NCBI GenBank assembly: GCA_965263035.1
Contig: OZ253580.1
Span: 5,952,001 to 6,016,000 of the forward strand
Source of the DNA: Acidobacteriota bacterium
GTDB lineage: Bacteria; Acidobacteriota; UBA6911; RPQK01; JAJDTT01
DNA: 64,000 nt
Reading direction: 5' to 3'
Below are positions 61,543 through 64,000 of this stretch, piece by piece. Within the stretch, counting starts at the first letter, position 1. Each line of letters starts with the position of its first letter. A program made the translations under genes and the position numbers. Below the pieces are notes generated by a model. The model was not told the DNA's origin, ran no database searches, and worked only from the letters and a program-made list of their open reading frames with translations.

Positions 61543-63024
61543 TCACCAGATACCCCAAATGTGCGACGGCTGTTTGGGAAATAACGCGTTAAGCAGACCG
61601 CGCGTCTCTGGGGACCCCATATCGCAGTCGGGAAAGGCGTATTCGAGCTCATCCTCGGAACGGAACCCAAAGAGTAGCTGCAAGAAAACCAGCCCCGGAA
61701 AGAATGCGTCACACGTCCCGGAACTCAGCCAGTTGCCACCCATTCGCGGCTTGGCTAATCTCTCAACCTTTGCCACACGCCCGTTGTCGAATAAGAGCTC
61801 CACTCCGTAATCGACGAAGCCTATCGTAAGGGTGCCACCGTAACCCGCCACCGCCGAATCGGCCACCCGCCGTTCCAGGACTAGTGTGACCTGCCGTAGG
61901 AAGCCGGCAATGTCGGGCACTCGGACATACCATCCGCGAATCCTCTTCCATCGCGGCGACCTGTCGTTCATTACCTGATACGCAGGGTGTTCGGTACCCA
62001 GTTCGAACGCCACGTTGCGAAACGCGCGTTGCATCTGTCGCGCGGCGTACGCCTCGCCCATCCTCTTGAGATACCTCACGACGCTGGGAGTGACCTCATG
62101 CCAGGAGGCGCCGTCCTTCAGCTCGTAGAGTAGAACGCAGGGTTCACCATCCCAGAGACCCCGGACGTGCACAATGAGGCCCACCGGCTCACCAGTCGTG
62201 GCCTCCACGACGCATATCTCCAGTTCGGAATAGGTATTCTTGCTCCGCCCGTTCAGCTCGTACCTCCACAACCTCTGGTCACGGACGCAAGAGACCAGGT
62301 AGCGCCCCATTGCCTCGTCGTACAGGCGAGCTATGAATGGCAGGTCTCCCTCGGTCGCGGGGCGTACCGTGTAAGGCTCCCGGACAGCATCATCGAGTGC
62401 GAGCCAATTGGAGACGGGGCACGAGTACCCGATTCCAAACTCCAACGCCATTTCGTAGCCGAACTGGCGATAGAACCAAGGTATGCCGCTGATAACCTGC
62501 ATCTTCTCGCCGCGCCTCGCACTCATCTCATGGACGGCGTCCATCTGAGCCCGCACCAGCCCGCGTCTTCGATAGTCGGGATGCGTGGACACAAGCTCGA
62601 TACGGCCGACGCTTATTTCAATGCCGCCATAGGACCAGGTTTGTGGGATCAGGTTCAGCATCGACGCGATGGCCCCGGTACTCGTGTCTTCCACCAGGGT
62701 GAAGTCACCAGGCTGGAATCTGGGGAGGGCTCCGCTCATCAGGTCCCTGGTCCAGATTCTGAATGACTCGGCAAACACGTGGGGAAGGTGGACCTGAGCC
62801 TGAAACTCCGCAGCAGCCTCAGTATCCTCCCCGGTGGCCTGTCTCAGGATCAGCCCGTCGCCCAAGTCCCTCGGGGGGAACCCGGGCCCCTCGGCATTCG
62901 GAGGCGTCCGGTCGTACCTGCGAGAATAGGTGTGGGGTACATGCCGTTCTTGATCCCCACTACCCAGGCCAAGCTGTCTGGATCCAAGCCCGGTGCCACT
63001 CAATGTTGTTCTTGGTGAGTTCAC
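61543..63024 (-). CDS. Eis-like GNAT N-acetyltransferase (start uncertain)
   Basis: ELVSTHPDYRRRGLVR, GIPWFYRQFGYE, SCP2-like C-terminus ..LFPKQ. Confidence 0.8.
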   Translation of the reverse strand: MNSPRTTLSGTGLGSRQLGLGSGDQERHVPHTYSRRYDRTPPNAEGPGFPPRDLGDGLILRQATGEDTEAAAEFQAQVHLPHVFAESFRIWTRDLMSGALPRFQPGDFTLVEDTSTGAIASMLNLIPQTWSYGGIEISVGRIELVSTHPDYRRRGLVRAQMDAVHEMSARRGEKMQVISGIPWFYRQFGYEMALEFGIGYSCPVSNWLALDDAVREPYTVRPATEGDLPFIARLYDEAMGRYLVSCVRDQRLWRYELNGRSKNTYSELEICVVEATTGEPVGLIVHVRGLWDGEPCVLLYELKDGASWHEVTPSVVRYLKRMGEAYAARQMQRAFRNVAFELGTEHPAYQVMNDRSPRWKRIRGWYVRVPDIAGFLRQVTLVLERRVADSAVAGYGGTLTIGFVDYGVELLFDNGRVAKVERLAKPRMGGNWLSSGTCDAFFPGLVFLQLLFGFRSEDELEYAFPDCDMGSPETRGLLNALFPKQPSHIWGIW

Positions 63025-63173
63025 TGACTTTGGTGTTGTATTCGAGGACTATGAAAACACCGTTGAGCACGATAACACCCTTCATCATAAGTTGAGGACT
63101 TCCACCGGACCTGAATCCAGGCCGCACCAAGCCAATATTTGCCCTCTGAGCGCGTCTTTTTCCTCGGGATCGG

Positions 63174-63203
63174 GCGGAAGTGGACTACGTGGACAATCAT
63201 TGA
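63174..63203 (+). pseudogene. 3' stump of a HigB/RelE toxin gene
   Basis: AEVDYVDNH* directly before the higA RBS; resembles the HigB C-terminus VDYxDYH*. Confidence 0.55.
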
Positions 63204-63218
63204 AGGAGAAGATCGATC

Positions 63219-63506
63219 ATGGCCATGCACAACCCACCGCATCCGGGCGGCATCGTAAAGCGGCAGTGCCTCGAACCGCTGGGTTTGACCGTGACCCGAG
63301 CCGCCGCGGGTTTGGGCGTCACTCGGCAGGCGCTTTCGGAGTTGGTGAACGGGCGAACTGGAATCTCGGTAGAGATGGCGATACGGCTGTCGAAGGCCTT
63401 CGGCTCGACGCCCGAGACCTGGCTGGGGATGCAGATGGCCTACGATCTCTGGCAGGCCCGCGACCGCGCCGAGGAGATCGAGGTGGAGCGCTTTGCGGCG
63501 GCGTGA
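63219..63506 (+). CDS. higA: HigA family antitoxin (XRE HTH)
   Basis: MHNPPHPG, LGVTRQALSELVNG..GIS.EMAIRL..FG..PETWL.MQ..YDL. Confidence 0.93.
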   Translation: MAMHNPPHPGGIVKRQCLEPLGLTVTRAAAGLGVTRQALSELVNGRTGISVEMAIRLSKAFGSTPETWLGMQMAYDLWQARDRAEEIEVERFAAA

Positions 63507-64000
63507 CCGAGCCACTTGCTCCCTGGAACATCACCGTCTCCGCAACGCTGGCGGCCGTCGTGGCCGACTCGATTCATCAGGTTCTTCCTCCAAGGTCTTA
63601 ATTCCTCCGCCTCCTTCGTGCGTCCCACGAACCACCGCAGCACCCGGCTCGCGAGGCGACCCCGGACCCTGAAACACCGTAGAACAAGAACACGAACCGA
63701 GAGAAGGTAACTGTCCCCTACTCTTCCGGCCCCATTCTCGGAGCCTGTTTTGCGGAAGGTCCGGAGGGACTGGCAGGCGCCGGCGAATCGGGCGCTGATG
63801 ACATCCGGAGGGGAGGAGTGGATCAATCCGCGGAGCTTGGCCGAACTCCGGACCGAGACCCTGAAACGAGGTGACCTGGAGACGCCAGCGGGATTCAGTC
63901 GGGTGTCGAACATCCACCGGGGGCCTCAGTCTTACAGCGGGGAGCGATCCAGCGAGATGCGAATGATGGCCGATCGGGTCGAGCGCCCCAACCGGGCGCT

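Noticed and set aside
63720-64000. Mobile-element remnant (PRWMFD...) and a possible gene 3' end at 63932-64000 on the minus strand
   Set aside because: Too short and cut by the window edge to support a call.

Overview
GC-rich bacterial chromosomal segment. The gene content and repeat style suggest an Acidobacteriota-like, possibly host- or sponge-associated organism; this is inference only. The backbone is housekeeping and catabolic: acyl-CoA ligase, trxB, MscS, Gfo/Idh/MocA oxidoreductases, HpcH aldolases, an Opp/Dpp-type ABC operon, tRNA-Arg and tRNA-Glu, ferredoxin, diheme cytochrome c peroxidase, hflX, a TonB receptor and several hydrolases. It is interrupted by many small accessory inserts. 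Main observations: (1) a RAYT-type HUH/Y1 transposase flanked by GTAG-REP doublets and by inward-facing GGGGACAGTC sites, with the same core motif recurring at breakpoints of other accessory DNA up to 55 kb away; (2) three separate inserts each bracketed by a diverged duplicate of a host gene's 3' end, with no integrase in the window; (3) a ~1720-aa LRR-metalloprotease gene split by an intact IS4 element whose transposase carries a DUF4338/DruA-like N-terminal domain; (4) an orphan tandem-Cache/peptide-binding-protein fusion; (5) a probable ATC start codon for hflX; (6) an orphan higA preceded by a higB stump. No CRISPR array, rRNA or reverse transcriptase was seen. Family assignments come from motif recognition, not database searches.
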